This document shows positions 1 through 8,999 of a DNA stretch of 64,000 bases, piece by piece (position 1 is the first letter of the stretch; each line of letters begins with the position of its first letter). The stretch lies in contig JAIQFR010000009.1 in assembly GCA_020073205.1 (NCBI GenBank), positions 17,071 through 81,070 on the forward strand, written 5' to 3'. The position numbers were made by a program, and so were the translations under genes. The notes below the pieces were generated by a model. It made no database searches. It saw nothing but the letters and a program-made list of their open reading frames with translations, and was not told where the DNA came from. This stretch comes from Terriglobia bacterium. Its GTDB lineage: Bacteria > Acidobacteriota > Polarisedimenticolia > Polarisedimenticolales > JAIQFR01.

Positions 1-184
1 CGCAGCGCCGGGCTTCTTCGTCTTGGCGGATCTCGTCATCGTGATGTCTCTCGTCGCTCGACGCGGGAAAGTCTAGTTCCTTCAAGGTCTTCCGCGGGGC
101 AAGCCTACTGCCCGGCGGTCGGACCCGTCAAGGCAGAGCCGGCTCGCCTGAACACGGGTTCCGTAAGACCCTGGCGAACCGTAC

Positions 185-213
185 TTGAATATTCACTTGT
201 TCACTTGTACATT
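185..213 (+). promoter_or_regulatory. Candidate sigma70 promoter of hicBA: TTGAAT-N17-TACATT, with a tandem TCACTTGT TCACTTGT repeat in the spacer
   Basis: TTGAAT at 185-190, a 17-nt spacer, then TACATT at 208-213. The 8-mer TCACTTGT occurs twice back to back (193-200 and 201-208). This is a locally AT-rich patch in GC-rich DNA, with GGAG at 221-224 and GTG at 233 downstream. Confidence 0.5.
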
Positions 214-232
214 GAGGTCTGGAGATTCATTC

Positions 233-790
233 GTGCCCATTCACGAAGAGATCCTGCGGGTGGTACGGCGGCTGTGCCGCGAGTCCGGGAGCTGGACCTT
301 CCTCGTCCGCGACGTGGTCCGCGTCCTTCCCCACCTCAACGAAGGAGGGGTGAGGACCCACGTTGCGAGCCGATGCTGCGTCAACGCGCCGGCGCATCAC
401 GCCGATCGGCCCCCCTACTTTCGCCGGGTGCAGCGCGGCGTCTATTCCCTCGAGCCCCCGTACCGGCGGGAGCCTGGTCGCAAGCCGTCGGCGAAGGCCG
501 CGTCGCACGTCGCGGAGCCGTCCCCGGCATACGGTGCCTCCGCGGGTGTCTCGCTCAGCGACACGATCCACGCTGTCGTACGCCGGGACAGGCGAATGTA
601 CACCGCCGAATGTCTCGAGGTCGCGGTGGTCACCCAGGGCAGGACTCTGGACGAGGTGGTGGCCAACCTCGAGGAGGCGATCGGCCTTCACCTCGAGGGC
701 GAGGACCTTCGGGCGTGGGGCCTGTCTCCCTCTCCGCGAGTGACGATCACCTACCCGCTGCCTCGTCCTGCCGATGCCCCCGCGGATTAG
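233..790 (+). CDS. hicB: HicB-family antitoxin with an extra N-terminal domain of about 110 aa (possible winged-helix)
   Basis: The C-terminal part (TIHAVVRRDRRMYTAECLEVAVVTQGRTLDEVVANLEEAIGLHLEGE) looks like the HicB/UPF0150 fold. It overlaps the downstream hicA by 17 nt. The track start (TTG at 185) coincides with the -35 hexamer, so I prefer GTG at 233, which has GGAG 8 nt upstream. Confidence 0.65.
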   Translation: MPIHEEILRVVRRLCRESGSWTFLVRDVVRVLPHLNEGGVRTHVASRCCVNAPAHHADRPPYFRRVQRGVYSLEPPYRREPGRKPSAKAASHVAEPSPAYGASAGVSLSDTIHAVVRRDRRMYTAECLEVAVVTQGRTLDEVVANLEEAIGLHLEGEDLRAWGLSPSPRVTITYPLPRPADAPAD

Positions 791-1022
791 GTCGCTCACC
801 GCCCGCCAGGTCCTCGGCGCGCTGCGATCGTTCGGCTTCGAGGTCGCATCGGTGCGTGGCAGCCACGCCAAGCTCCGCCGGAGCACTCCGGCCGGCGAGA
901 CTCAGGTTCTGACGGTGCCGCTCCACAGGGTCCTGTCCCGTGGAACCGTGCACGCGATCTTCCGGCAAGCGTGCCGGTTCGTCCCGGAGGACGAACTCCG
1001 GACGCACTTCTTCACGGAGTGA
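774..1022 (+). CDS. hicA: HicA-family mRNA interferase toxin
   Basis: 82 aa. LTARQVLGALRSFGFEVASVRGSHAKL matches the HicA/YcfA pattern, including the conserved GSH motif. It is translationally coupled to hicB. Confidence 0.8.
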   Translation: MPPRIRSLTARQVLGALRSFGFEVASVRGSHAKLRRSTPAGETQVLTVPLHRVLSRGTVHAIFRQACRFVPEDELRTHFFTE

Positions 1023-1036
1023 ACGGGGACCAAGGT

Positions 1037-1064
1037 GGGCCCCGGGGTGCTTCCCCCGGGGCCC
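1037..1064. terminator. Bidirectional intrinsic-terminator-like hairpin between convergent hicA and the OmpA-like gene
   Basis: Perfect 11-bp stem GGGCCCCGGGG (1037-1047) / CCCCGGGGCCC (1054-1064) with a 6-nt loop. It lies between the stops at 1022 (+) and 1091 (-). There is no strong U tract. Confidence 0.55.
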
Positions 1065-1090
1065 TTCCCTCGATTCCTAGCGTGCGACGA

Positions 1091-2506
1091 TCAGTTGGTC
1101 CTCGTCAGCTCGACGCGGCGGTTCTTCGCGCGGCCAGCGTCGGTCTTGTTGTCCGCGATCGGCCGGGTCTTGCCGAAGCCCTTGGCCGCGAGCCGGGACG
1201 CGGCAACGCCCTTCGAGACCAGGAAGTCGCGGACGGCCTCTGCGCGCGCTTGCGACAGCTTCAGGTTGTACGCGTCGCCCCCGCGGCCGTCGGTGTGCCC
1301 GTCCACCTCGACGTTCACTTCCTTCCAGTCCACGAGGGACGCGGCGACCTTGTCGAGCACCGCTTCGGACGCCGCGGTCAGCTTCGCGCTGTTGTACTCG
1401 AAGTTGACCCCCTCGAGCACCAGGCTCCGCTTGCCTTCCTCGAAGATCGGCTGGGTGGTGTGGGTCGGCGGCGGCGGAAGCGGACAGCCGCTCGCGTCGA
1501 CCTGCACGCCTCTCGGGGTATCGGGGCACTTGTCGACGTTGTCCGGCACGCCGTCGCCGTCGCTGTCGAGAGGGCAGCCGGTCCGGTCGACCTTCACGCT
1601 TCTCGGCGTGTCGGGGCACTTGTCGAGGTAGTCCGGAACGCCGTCGCCGTCGCTGTCGAGAGGGCACCCGGTACGGTCGACCCTCGCCCCCTTCGGGGTG
1701 CTCGGGCACTTGTCGAGGTAGTCCGGCACGCCGTCGCCGTCGCTGTCGAGAGGGCACCCGGCCGAATCCACCTGGACTCCCTTCGGCGTGTCGGGGCACT
1801 TGTCCAGCCCGTCGAACACGCCGTCGCCGTCGCTGTCCAGCGGGCACCCTCTCGCGTCCACGACGGCGCCCCTCGGGGTATTCGGGCACTTGTCCTTGCG
1901 GTCGATGACCCCGTCGCCGTCGGTGTCCTTGGGCGCCCCGCCGAAGCCCCACGACCATCCGACCAGGGCGTCGTAGATCGTCAGGGAGCTGCCGCCGAAC
2001 CCGGCGTCGGTGACGCTGCGATCCGCCCGGATCTCCCAGCGGAAGTTCCCCCGGTCGCCCGCCGCATGGCGCTGCCCGAAGCCCGCCGAGATGATCCCGC
2101 GGCTCACGCCGTCCTCGTGGTTGGGGTGAACCCCCATCCATCCGGCACCGGCCGTGAATGACCAGCGCCAGTCGTCACGCCACGCGGTGAGCCACTCGGC
2201 CCCGAGCCGGGCCGTGGCGATGCCGGTGTGCGGCTTGGTTGCTCCTCCCCCGAACCCGGTCCACGCCATGTCGACGAAGCTCCCGACATGCTCGGTGAAC
2301 AGGCGGGAGTATCGGATCACGCCCACCGGCCCCAACTCCGGGCTGGCCTGCGGGTCCGTCAGGTGCTTGTCCGCACGCGAGACGCCCACCATGACCGCGA
2401 TGTCGTTCGGATAGTCCTCCGCCGCACGGGCCGGCATCGGCGCCGCCGTCGCCAGCAGCGCCACCGAACACGCAAGGAAAACGAGCGCCCCCTTCGACGA
2501 AAACAT
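1091..2506 (-). CDS. OmpA-family outer membrane protein with thrombospondin type 3 (Ca-binding) repeats
   Basis: Signal peptide MFSSKGALVFLACSVALLATAAPMPARA. There are five DxDxDGVxD...CP repeats and a C-terminal OmpA domain (NVEVDGHTDGRGGDAYNLKLSQARAEAV...GRAKNRRVEL). ATG at 2506 is preceded by GGAAAGGAGG, so I prefer it to the track start at 2584. Confidence 0.9.
   Translation of the reverse strand: MFSSKGALVFLACSVALLATAAPMPARAAEDYPNDIAVMVGVSRADKHLTDPQASPELGPVGVIRYSRLFTEHVGSFVDMAWTGFGGGATKPHTGIATARLGAEWLTAWRDDWRWSFTAGAGWMGVHPNHEDGVSRGIISAGFGQRHAAGDRGNFRWEIRADRSVTDAGFGGSSLTIYDALVGWSWGFGGAPKDTDGDGVIDRKDKCPNTPRGAVVDARGCPLDSDGDGVFDGLDKCPDTPKGVQVDSAGCPLDSDGDGVPDYLDKCPSTPKGARVDRTGCPLDSDGDGVPDYLDKCPDTPRSVKVDRTGCPLDSDGDGVPDNVDKCPDTPRGVQVDASGCPLPPPPTHTTQPIFEEGKRSLVLEGVNFEYNSAKLTAASEAVLDKVAASLVDWKEVNVEVDGHTDGRGGDAYNLKLSQARAEAVRDFLVSKGVAASRLAAKGFGKTRPIADNKTDAGRAKNRRVELTRTN
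1478..1930 (-). repeat. Five tandem coding repeats of about 90 bp (TSP3-like, 30-31 aa each) inside the OmpA-like gene
   Basis: The unit D(S/T)DGDGVxDxxDKCPxTPxGxxVDxxGCPL occurs five times. The nucleotide units are nearly identical (gccgtcgccgtcgctgtcgagagggca...). Confidence 0.9.
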
Positions 2507-2591
2507 TCCGTCCTCCTTTCCTCCACTCATGAGTTGTGTCTCCCGTTGCAGTGCATCATGCACGAAAAGCCGGCGTTCGAGCATCCCCGTC

Positions 2592-4592
2592 TCACCTCAG
2601 CCAGTCGAGCACCCGAGCCGCGACGCTTTCCGCGGTGAACCCGAACTTCTCCGCCAGGATCGGGTAGGGTGCCGAGGCGCCGTACCGGTCGATCCCCAGG
2701 GTCAGGCCGTCCGGTCCCGCCAGCACCCTCCACGGGTCCGTGCGGCCGGCTTCGACGGTCGCGACCGGCACGTCCTTCGGGAAGAGCCGAGCGCGGAAGG
2801 CCGGATCCTGCTCCAGGAACAGATCGAGACAGGGAACCGAGACCACGTCGACTCTCTTCCCCTCCTTGGACAGAAGCTCGCGCGCGCCGACCGCGAGGTG
2901 GAGCTCGGAGCCGGTCGCCGCGATCACTGCGTCCGGGCGGTCGCTGCGGCCGACGAGGTACGCCCCCCTCCTGGGGTCTGCGAGGTCTCCCGCGGCATCG
3001 CGCACGATCGGCGGGAGCTTCTGGCGGCTCAGCAGGAGCGCGGTCGGCCCTTCGGTCCGCTCCAGCGCCATCCCCCACGCCAGTGCCGTCTCGTAGCCGT
3101 CCGCGGGCCGGATCAGCCGCAGGTTCGGGATCAGCCGCAGCGCGGCGGCGTGCTCGATCGGCTGGTGAGTGGGACCATCCTCCCCGACGAAGATCGAGTC
3201 GTGCGTGAACACGTACACGACCGGCAGCCTGGCCAATGCGGCGATACGGATCGACGGGCGCATGTAATCCGAGAACACCAGGAACGTCGAGCCGTACGGC
3301 CGGAACCTCCCGTCATAGGCGATCCCGTTGAGGATCGCGCCCATGCCGTGCTCACGGATCCCGAAGTGGAGGTTCCTTCCGCCGTACTCGCCGGGCGCCA
3401 CCGACTTGGCGCCCTTGATGATCGTCAGTGTGGACGGAGCGAGATCGCCCGATCCCCCGACCAGGGCGGGCATGAGATCCGCCGCTCTCTGGAGCACCGC
3501 GGAGGAGTGCTCGCGGGTCGCCGCGGCTCCCGCCGGCGCCGTCTCGAGCAGCTTGGCGGTGAGATCGGGGGGAACGCGGCGGCCGGCGAGCGCGTCCCAC
3601 AGCGCGGCCCCTTCGGGATGGCTCGAGCGCCACTCGGCGAACCGCGCCTCCCACGCGGTGCGCAGCGCGGCCCCCTCGGCGGCGCGCGCCTTCCAGAAGG
3701 AGCGAACCGATTCCGGCACGAGGAACGGCGGCGAGACGGGCCAGCGCGCCTTCTCCTTCGCGCCGGCCGCCTCGTCGGGGCCGAGGGGCGACCCATGGGA
3801 CGACGCGGAGTCCTGCTTCGTGGGGGCGCCATGCGCGATGTGGGTCCTGCAGACGATCAGGGAGGGGCGCGCGTCCTCCGCGAGTGCGCCATCGAGAGCC
3901 AGCGCTATCGCCTCGTGGTCGTGGCCGTCCACGCGCACCACGTGCCAGCCGTACGCCTCGTAGCGGCGGCCGACGTCCTCGGAGAACGCGAGGTCGGTCT
4001 TGCCCTCGATCGTGATCCGGTTGTCGTCGTAGAGGACCACGAGATGGGAGAGCATGAGGTGGCCCGCGAGCGACGAGGCCTCCCCAGAGATTCCCTCCAT
4101 CATGTCCCCGTCGCTCGCGAGGACGAAGACTCGATGGTTCACCGGCTTGAAGTCGTCGGCGTTGAACCGCGCCGCGAGCATCCGCGCCGCCAGCGCCATC
4201 CCCACCGCGTTCCCGATCCCCTGACCGAGGGGACCGGTCGTCGCCTCGACCCCGACGGTGTGGCCGAACTCGGGGTGCCCCGGCGTGCGGCTTCCCCATT
4301 GCCGGAAGGCCTGGATCTCGGTCATCGGAAGGTCGTAGCCGGCGAGGTGGAGGAGCCCGTAGAGCAACATGCACCCGTGCCCCGCGGACAGCACGAAGCG
4401 GTCGCGGTCCTGCCAGTCGGGGGCCGTGGGGTCGTACCTGAGGAAGCGGCCCCAGAGCACGAAGGCCACATCCGCGGCCCCCATCGGCATTCCAGGATGC
4501 CCCGATTTCGCCTTCTCGACGGCGTCCACCGCCAGGAACTTGAGCGTGTCCACGGCGTCGCGGGCGAGCTCGGGATCAGGAGCGGCGTGCAT
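2592..4592 (-). CDS. tkt: Transketolase
   Basis: [41 protein letters not shown] and the overall length fit transketolase. ATG at 4592 lies 4 nt after the glk stop, so I prefer it to the track start at 4667. Confidence 0.95.
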   Translation of the reverse strand: MHAAPDPELARDAVDTLKFLAVDAVEKAKSGHPGMPMGAADVAFVLWGRFLRYDPTAPDWQDRDRFVLSAGHGCMLLYGLLHLAGYDLPMTEIQAFRQWGSRTPGHPEFGHTVGVEATTGPLGQGIGNAVGMALAARMLAARFNADDFKPVNHRVFVLASDGDMMEGISGEASSLAGHLMLSHLVVLYDDNRITIEGKTDLAFSEDVGRRYEAYGWHVVRVDGHDHEAIALALDGALAEDARPSLIVCRTHIAHGAPTKQDSASSHGSPLGPDEAAGAKEKARWPVSPPFLVPESVRSFWKARAAEGAALRTAWEARFAEWRSSHPEGAALWDALAGRRVPPDLTAKLLETAPAGAAATREHSSAVLQRAADLMPALVGGSGDLAPSTLTIIKGAKSVAPGEYGGRNLHFGIREHGMGAILNGIAYDGRFRPYGSTFLVFSDYMRPSIRIAALARLPVVYVFTHDSIFVGEDGPTHQPIEHAAALRLIPNLRLIRPADGYETALAWGMALERTEGPTALLLSRQKLPPIVRDAAGDLADPRRGAYLVGRSDRPDAVIAATGSELHLAVGARELLSKEGKRVDVVSVPCLDLFLEQDPAFRARLFPKDVPVATVEAGRTDPWRVLAGPDGLTLGIDRYGASAPYPILAEKFGFTAESVAARVLDWLR

Positions 4593-4596
4593 CACG

Positions 4597-5694
4597 TCAC
4601 CTCGGGCGTCCCATCGAGGACGCCAGGAGCGATCCCGGGACTCCCTGGGCGGCGCGCACGGCCGCACCCAGGAGACCCGTGCGCGGCTCCAGGATCACGC
4701 GCACCGGGATCCGCTCGAGGAAGTGGGATAGCCTTCCCTTGGACCGGAAGGAACGAAGGAAGGCCCCCGATCGTAGCCTCGGAAGGATCTTGGGGGCGAT
4801 CCCCCCTCCGACCCAGACGCCCCCGACCGCCCCGGCGACGAGGGCCAGGTCGCCGGCGGCCGAGCCGTAGAGCGATACGAGCCAATCGAGGGCGCGCTCG
4901 GCGGTCGCGTCCTCGCCTCGAAGGCCGGCCGCCGCGATCGCGGCGCTCGGATCGCCGGCCGCCAGCGCGGCGGCGATGACGGGCGAGGCCGCCCCGCGGC
5001 CGGACTCCAGGAGAAAGTCGCAGATCCCCCTGAGGCCGGGACCGGAGACGAGCCGGTCCAGGCTGAGGCGGCCATGGCGCCGCAGGAAGTATCGCAGCAG
5101 CTCGATCTCTTCCTCGTCCCTCGGCGCGAAACCCACGTGGCCCCCCTCGCTCGCCGCCGGCCAGTGGCGACGCCCATCCCAGAACAGGATCGCGGTGCCG
5201 AGGCCGGTCCCGGCCGCGAGGAGCGCTGCGTTCCCTGGACGCGGACGCAACCCAGTCGTGAGGCCGAGGGTTCCTCCCTTCGGCAAGGCGGAGATACCCC
5301 AGGCGGTCGCCTCGAGATCGTTGAGGAGGTGGACCTTTTTCAGGCGGAGCAGCCGGGCGACCTTCCGCGCATCCACGGACCAGCTCAGGTTCACCACTTC
5401 GGTCCGTTCCCCGATCACGGGACCCGCGACGCCGATCGCGCAGGCGGTCACCCGCTCGCTGCCCTCGGCCAGGAACGCCTCGACGATCGCCTCGAGGGAC
5501 GGGTTGGTGGCGCTGGGAAACGTCCCTTGGCGGGACGCGACGAGCCGGCGCCCCCGGCGGGAGAAAAGTCCGAGGATCGTCTTGGTTCCGCCGACGTCGC
5601 CAGCGAGGATCACGGCGCCATTATAGAGGGTCTTTGCAGCGATTTGCGGCTGTCGCCGCATCCCGCCGGGCCTGCCCGGCGCCGCTGCGTCCAC
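4597..5694 (-). CDS. glk: Glucokinase (Glk/ROK-like, PF02685-type)
   Basis: [11 protein letters not shown] is the N-terminal ATP-binding motif, and the rest is Glk-like. The start is uncertain: ATG 5694, ATG 5661 or GTG 5613 (see finding). Confidence 0.8.
   Translation of the reverse strand: MDAAAPGRPGGMRRQPQIAAKTLYNGAVILAGDVGGTKTILGLFSRRGRRLVASRQGTFPSATNPSLEAIVEAFLAEGSERVTACAIGVAGPVIGERTEVVNLSWSVDARKVARLLRLKKVHLLNDLEATAWGISALPKGGTLGLTTGLRPRPGNAALLAAGTGLGTAILFWDGRRHWPAASEGGHVGFAPRDEEEIELLRYFLRRHGRLSLDRLVSGPGLRGICDFLLESGRGAASPVIAAALAAGDPSAAIAAAGLRGEDATAERALDWLVSLYGSAAGDLALVAGAVGGVWVGGGIAPKILPRLRSGAFLRSFRSKGRLSHFLERIPVRVILEPRTGLLGAAVRAAQGVPGSLLASSMGRPR
5620..5625 (-). promoter_or_regulatory. 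Perfect TATAAT hexamer (minus strand) 6 nt upstream of a GTG in the glk frame
   Basis: Plus-strand attata at 5620-5625 reads TATAAT on the minus strand, followed by ggcgcc and then GTG (5613), which opens ...[11 protein letters not shown]. Confidence 0.3.
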
Positions 5695-5779
5695 ACAGCG
5701 CGTACGGTCTCAATCCCTTGGAACTTCCTGGCTTGAGTCCTATCCAACTACCAGGAGGTCCGACGAAAGGAGGGCCCGC

Positions 5780-6565
5780 ATGTTCGACACGATGCTCGAG
5801 ACCCGGAGAAGCGGTGCCCGCGCGCGGGCGGTCTGGCCCTACCCCGTGGCAGCTTCGATGCATTTCCTGGTGGTCGGAGGGATCGTAGCGACGTCGCTCC
5901 TGATGCTCCAGAAGGTCCCCGACATCGACAGCCCCTTCTGGAACCAGCAGATCGGCGTGATCATCGGGCCCCGCTCCGATCCGCCGCTCGGGGAGGGAGG
6001 TCCCGGAGGCAGGGCGCCGTTGGTCGTCCCCCGGCGGCAAGCTCCCGTGCCCCACGACATCGTTCAGCCCCGGGAGGCGCCACCCCAGGCGCCATCGCCG
6101 GACCGGCCGGAGGAGACGATGGACGAGGCCGTGCCGGGTCTCGACCTGCACGGCATCGGCGGCGCCGGCGTCGGCGGACCCGGCTGGCCGTGGGGCGTCC
6201 CGAACGGCCGGGGCGACGGTCTGGGCTCCGGAGGAAAGGGCGTCGGCGAGCGCGTCGAGCCGGCTCCGCCGTCGGGGCCGCTCGACGTCACGCCCGACAT
6301 GGTGGCACCGGTGCTCCTCCGCAAGGTGCAGCCCGATTACCCCGCGGCGGCGCGGGCGGCCCGGCTTCCGGGGTTCGTGCTGCTGCAGGCCGTGATCGGC
6401 GAGGACGGGAACGTCGAGGACGTGGCGGTGCTCAGGGCCTCGAGCCCGCTCTTCACCGACGCGGCGAAAGACGCGGTCCGGCAGTGGAAGTACCGGGCGG
6501 CGCTCCAGAACGGGAGGCCGGTCCGCGTGTACTTCAGCGTCCGTGTCGAATTCCAGCTGAAGTGA
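5780..6565 (+). CDS. TonB-family energy transducer
   Basis: It has an N-terminal TM segment, a Pro-rich linker and a C-terminal TonB domain (VQPDYPAAARAARLPGFVLLQAVIGEDGNVEDVAVLRASSPLFTDAAKDAVRQWKYRAA). RBS AAGGAGG lies upstream of the ATG. Confidence 0.85.
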   Translation: MFDTMLETRRSGARARAVWPYPVAASMHFLVVGGIVATSLLMLQKVPDIDSPFWNQQIGVIIGPRSDPPLGEGGPGGRAPLVVPRRQAPVPHDIVQPREAPPQAPSPDRPEETMDEAVPGLDLHGIGGAGVGGPGWPWGVPNGRGDGLGSGGKGVGERVEPAPPSGPLDVTPDMVAPVLLRKVQPDYPAAARAARLPGFVLLQAVIGEDGNVEDVAVLRASSPLFTDAAKDAVRQWKYRAALQNGRPVRVYFSVRVEFQLK

Positions 6566-6649
6566 CGGGCGGCCCCCGACCTGGCAGGGCGCGGGAGCGG
6601 TGCGGTATCCTCACCGGCCCGCCGTCGGCGCTGCCGGCGGCGATACGCC

Positions 6650-8314
6650 ATGGTTCGATTCTACGACCTCCTCGCGACGCAGCCGGTGGTGCTCCTGTTC
6701 ACCGTCGTCGGGCTCGGCTACTTCCTCGGCAACCTCAAGATCGGCGGGTTCAGGCTCGGGATCGCCGCAGTCCTCTTCGTCGGCCTCGGGTTCGGAGCCG
6801 CAGACCCGCGGTTCGCGATCCCGGAGGTGATCTACGTCCTCGGTCTGATCGTGTTCGTCTACACCGTCGGCCTCCAGTCCGGGCCGATATTCTTCAACCT
6901 CTTCCGGCGCCAGTGGCTGAAGATCACCTCCCTGGCCCTGGTCTCGACGGTGATCGCCGCCGCCTTGACCGTCGCCGCCGCCCGGGCGCTTCACGTGCCG
7001 GCGCCGGTCGCTTCCGGCCTGTTCTGCGGCAGCCTCACCAACACCCCGGCGCTCGCCGCCGCGGTCGAGGCGCTGAGGAGCAGCCTCGCCGGCGCACCCC
7101 TCGACGAGACGTCGAGGCGGCTGGCCCTGGACGGGCCGACCGTCGGGTACAGCATCGCCTACCCCCTCGGGGTCGCCGGGCTCATCATCGTCATGCAGCT
7201 CTCGACACGCTTCGCGAGGATCGACCTCAAGTCGGAGCGGAAGAGGGCGGTGCGCTCCAGCGGGATGGGCTCGGAGGAGCTCCTGAGCCGCGAGGTGCGG
7301 GTGACGAACCCGCAGATCGTGGGTAAGACCTACGGCGAATCGCTGGCGACGGAAGTCACCGGGATGGTGTTCACCCGCCTGAAGCGCGGCTCGAGCGTCG
7401 ACCTGGTGGTCCCGGAACGCGTCCTGAACCTCGGGGACGTCCTCGTGGGCGTGGGATCACCGGAGGCGGTGCGCAAGGCGGAGCTCCTGATCGGCCCGCT
7501 GGTTCAGGAGCAGGTCGAACGACTGTCCCCGGGCATCGAGTACCGGGACCTCCTGGTGCTCGACCGGAAGGTCGCGGGAACGGCCGCGGCGAGGCTCTCC
7601 GACGCCGTCGGCCACCCGGTGATCGTCAGCCGGATCCGCCGCGGTGGGGTCCAGATCACGCCGCACCCCGAGACCGTTCTCGAGTTCGGCGACCAGGTCC
7701 GGATCGTGACCGACAAGGATTTCCTGGACCGGGCGACCGAGGTCGTCGGCAACCCGATGACGGACTACTCCGAGGCGGACTTCCTCTCGTTCAGCTTCGG
7801 CATGATTCTCGGTGTCCTCCTCGGCACCGTCCCGATCCCTCTTCCCGGCGGCCAGAGGGTCACGCTGGGCTTCGCCGGGGGACCGCTCGTGGTCGCGCTC
7901 ATCCTGGGGCGGCTCGGGCGGACCGGGCCGATCGTCTGGACCATGCCGCCCAACGCGAACCTCACCATGCGCCAGCTGGGGATCCTGTTCTTCCTGGCCG
8001 GCGTCGGGACCCGGGCCGGCGGGAGCTTCGTGCACACGTTCCAGAGCCAGGGGCTCGTGCTCCTCCTCGTCGGCGCGTCGGTGACGCTGGTCTCGTCGCT
8101 GCTGATCGTGTTCCTCGCCTACCGGGTCTTCGGTTACGACATGATCTCGACGTTCGGGATGCTCTCGGGGATCCACACCCAGCCCGCCGCGCTGGCCTTC
8201 GCCAACGCGCACACGGGGTCCGACCACCCCAACGTCTCGTACGCCGCGGTCTACCCGGTCGCGTTGATCGCGAAGATCGTCCTGGCGCAGGTACTGGTCC
8301 TGATGGCGTTCTAG
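6650..8314 (+). CDS. Aspartate:alanine exchanger family (YidE/YbjL-like) transporter with central TrkA-C/RCK_C domains
   Basis: The N-terminus FLGNLKIGGFRLGIAAVLFVGLGFG is typical of the family. It has two membrane halves flanking soluble RCK_C-like segments, and is 554 aa. Confidence 0.75.
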   Translation: MVRFYDLLATQPVVLLFTVVGLGYFLGNLKIGGFRLGIAAVLFVGLGFGAADPRFAIPEVIYVLGLIVFVYTVGLQSGPIFFNLFRRQWLKITSLALVSTVIAAALTVAAARALHVPAPVASGLFCGSLTNTPALAAAVEALRSSLAGAPLDETSRRLALDGPTVGYSIAYPLGVAGLIIVMQLSTRFARIDLKSERKRAVRSSGMGSEELLSREVRVTNPQIVGKTYGESLATEVTGMVFTRLKRGSSVDLVVPERVLNLGDVLVGVGSPEAVRKAELLIGPLVQEQVERLSPGIEYRDLLVLDRKVAGTAAARLSDAVGHPVIVSRIRRGGVQITPHPETVLEFGDQVRIVTDKDFLDRATEVVGNPMTDYSEADFLSFSFGMILGVLLGTVPIPLPGGQRVTLGFAGGPLVVALILGRLGRTGPIVWTMPPNANLTMRQLGILFFLAGVGTRAGGSFVHTFQSQGLVLLLVGASVTLVSSLLIVFLAYRVFGYDMISTFGMLSGIHTQPAALAFANAHTGSDHPNVSYAAVYPVALIAKIVLAQVLVLMAF

Positions 8315-8330
8315 CGGCCCGGCAATACCG

Positions 8331-8999
8331 CTACCGATGCCGGGCGACGCCGACCCTCGGGCAGTCGAGGGAGACCGGGCACTCGGAGCAGAGCGGCGAG
8401 ACCGGCTTGCAGACCCGCTGCCCGTGCCGGACCAGGATCTCGTTGATCGGGATCCAGTGCCGCCGGGGCAGCACCTCGCGCAGCGCCTCCTCGGTTTCGA
8501 CGGGGTGCCTCGTCTCGACCCACCCCAGCCGGTTCGAGATCCGGTGGACGTGGGTGTCGACGCAGATCCCGGGCTTGCCGAACCCGAGGGTCACCACGAG
8601 GTTCGCGGTCTTCCGTCCGACCCCGGGCAGCTCGAGCAGCTCTTCGATCGTGTCGGGAACGCGGCCGCCGTGCCGCTCGAGCAGCCTCCGGCTGATCCCC
8701 CGGATCTGGACGGCCTTCCTGCGGTAGAAGCCGACCGGATAGATCCGCCTCGCGATGGTCCGGGCGGGGAGCGCGAGCATGGCCGCCGGGCCCTTCGCGC
8801 GGGCGAAGAGCCGCTCCGTCGCGGGGTACGTGACCTCGTCCTTCGTGCGCAGCGAGAGGACGCACCCGATCAGGATCCGGAACGGATCCGGGCCGTTCGC
8901 GTCCTTGAAACGCGTGGTCTCGTACCGGCGCGCGAGCTTCCGCACGACCCAGTTCATCGCGGCGCGATCGGCCGGGGAGCGCGAGGTCAGGGCAGCCAC
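8331..8999 (-). CDS. nth: Endonuclease III family DNA glycosylase/lyase
   Basis: It has the HhH-GPD region [23 protein letters not shown] and a C-terminal 4Fe-4S cluster loop [17 protein letters not shown]. The start is GTG at 8999, with ATG at 8957 as an alternative. Confidence 0.9.
   Translation of the reverse strand: MAALTSRSPADRAAMNWVVRKLARRYETTRFKDANGPDPFRILIGCVLSLRTKDEVTYPATERLFARAKGPAAMLALPARTIARRIYPVGFYRRKAVQIRGISRRLLERHGGRVPDTIEELLELPGVGRKTANLVVTLGFGKPGICVDTHVHRISNRLGWVETRHPVETEEALREVLPRRHWIPINEILVRHGQRVCKPVSPLCSECPVSLDCPRVGVARHR

Noticed and set aside
1-39. Possible start of a minus-strand gene leaving the window (MTRSAKTKKPGAA...)
   Set aside because: Only 13 codons are visible, which is too little evidence to call a gene.
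1478-1930. Regularly spaced direct repeats that could be mistaken for a CRISPR array
   Set aside because: The repeats are contiguous with no unique spacers. They lie in-frame inside the OmpA-like CDS and encode TSP3 calcium-binding units.
2529-4979. 816-aa plus-strand ORF, and many similar long ORFs (for example 11666-14008 minus, 30744-33683 minus, 45161-47719 minus, 51330-54890 minus, 55210-57345 minus)
   Set aside because: They lie antisense to, or in alternate frames of, genes with clear family motifs (tkt, the MgtA-type gene, GT39, copA, the carbamoyltransferase, pepF). Their translations are Arg/Pro/Gly-rich low-complexity sequence, as expected for stop-poor frames in high-GC DNA.
5725-5750. 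Possible sigma54 promoter (TGGAAC...TGGCTT) upstream of the TonB-family gene
   Set aside because: The GG-to-GC spacing is 9 nt rather than 10, and the -12 element does not match TTGCW.
6648-6665. GGTTCGATTC, a tRNA T-arm-like string
   Set aside because: It is the start of the AAE transporter CDS (ATG GTT CGA TTC TAC). No acceptor or anticodon stems can be drawn around it.
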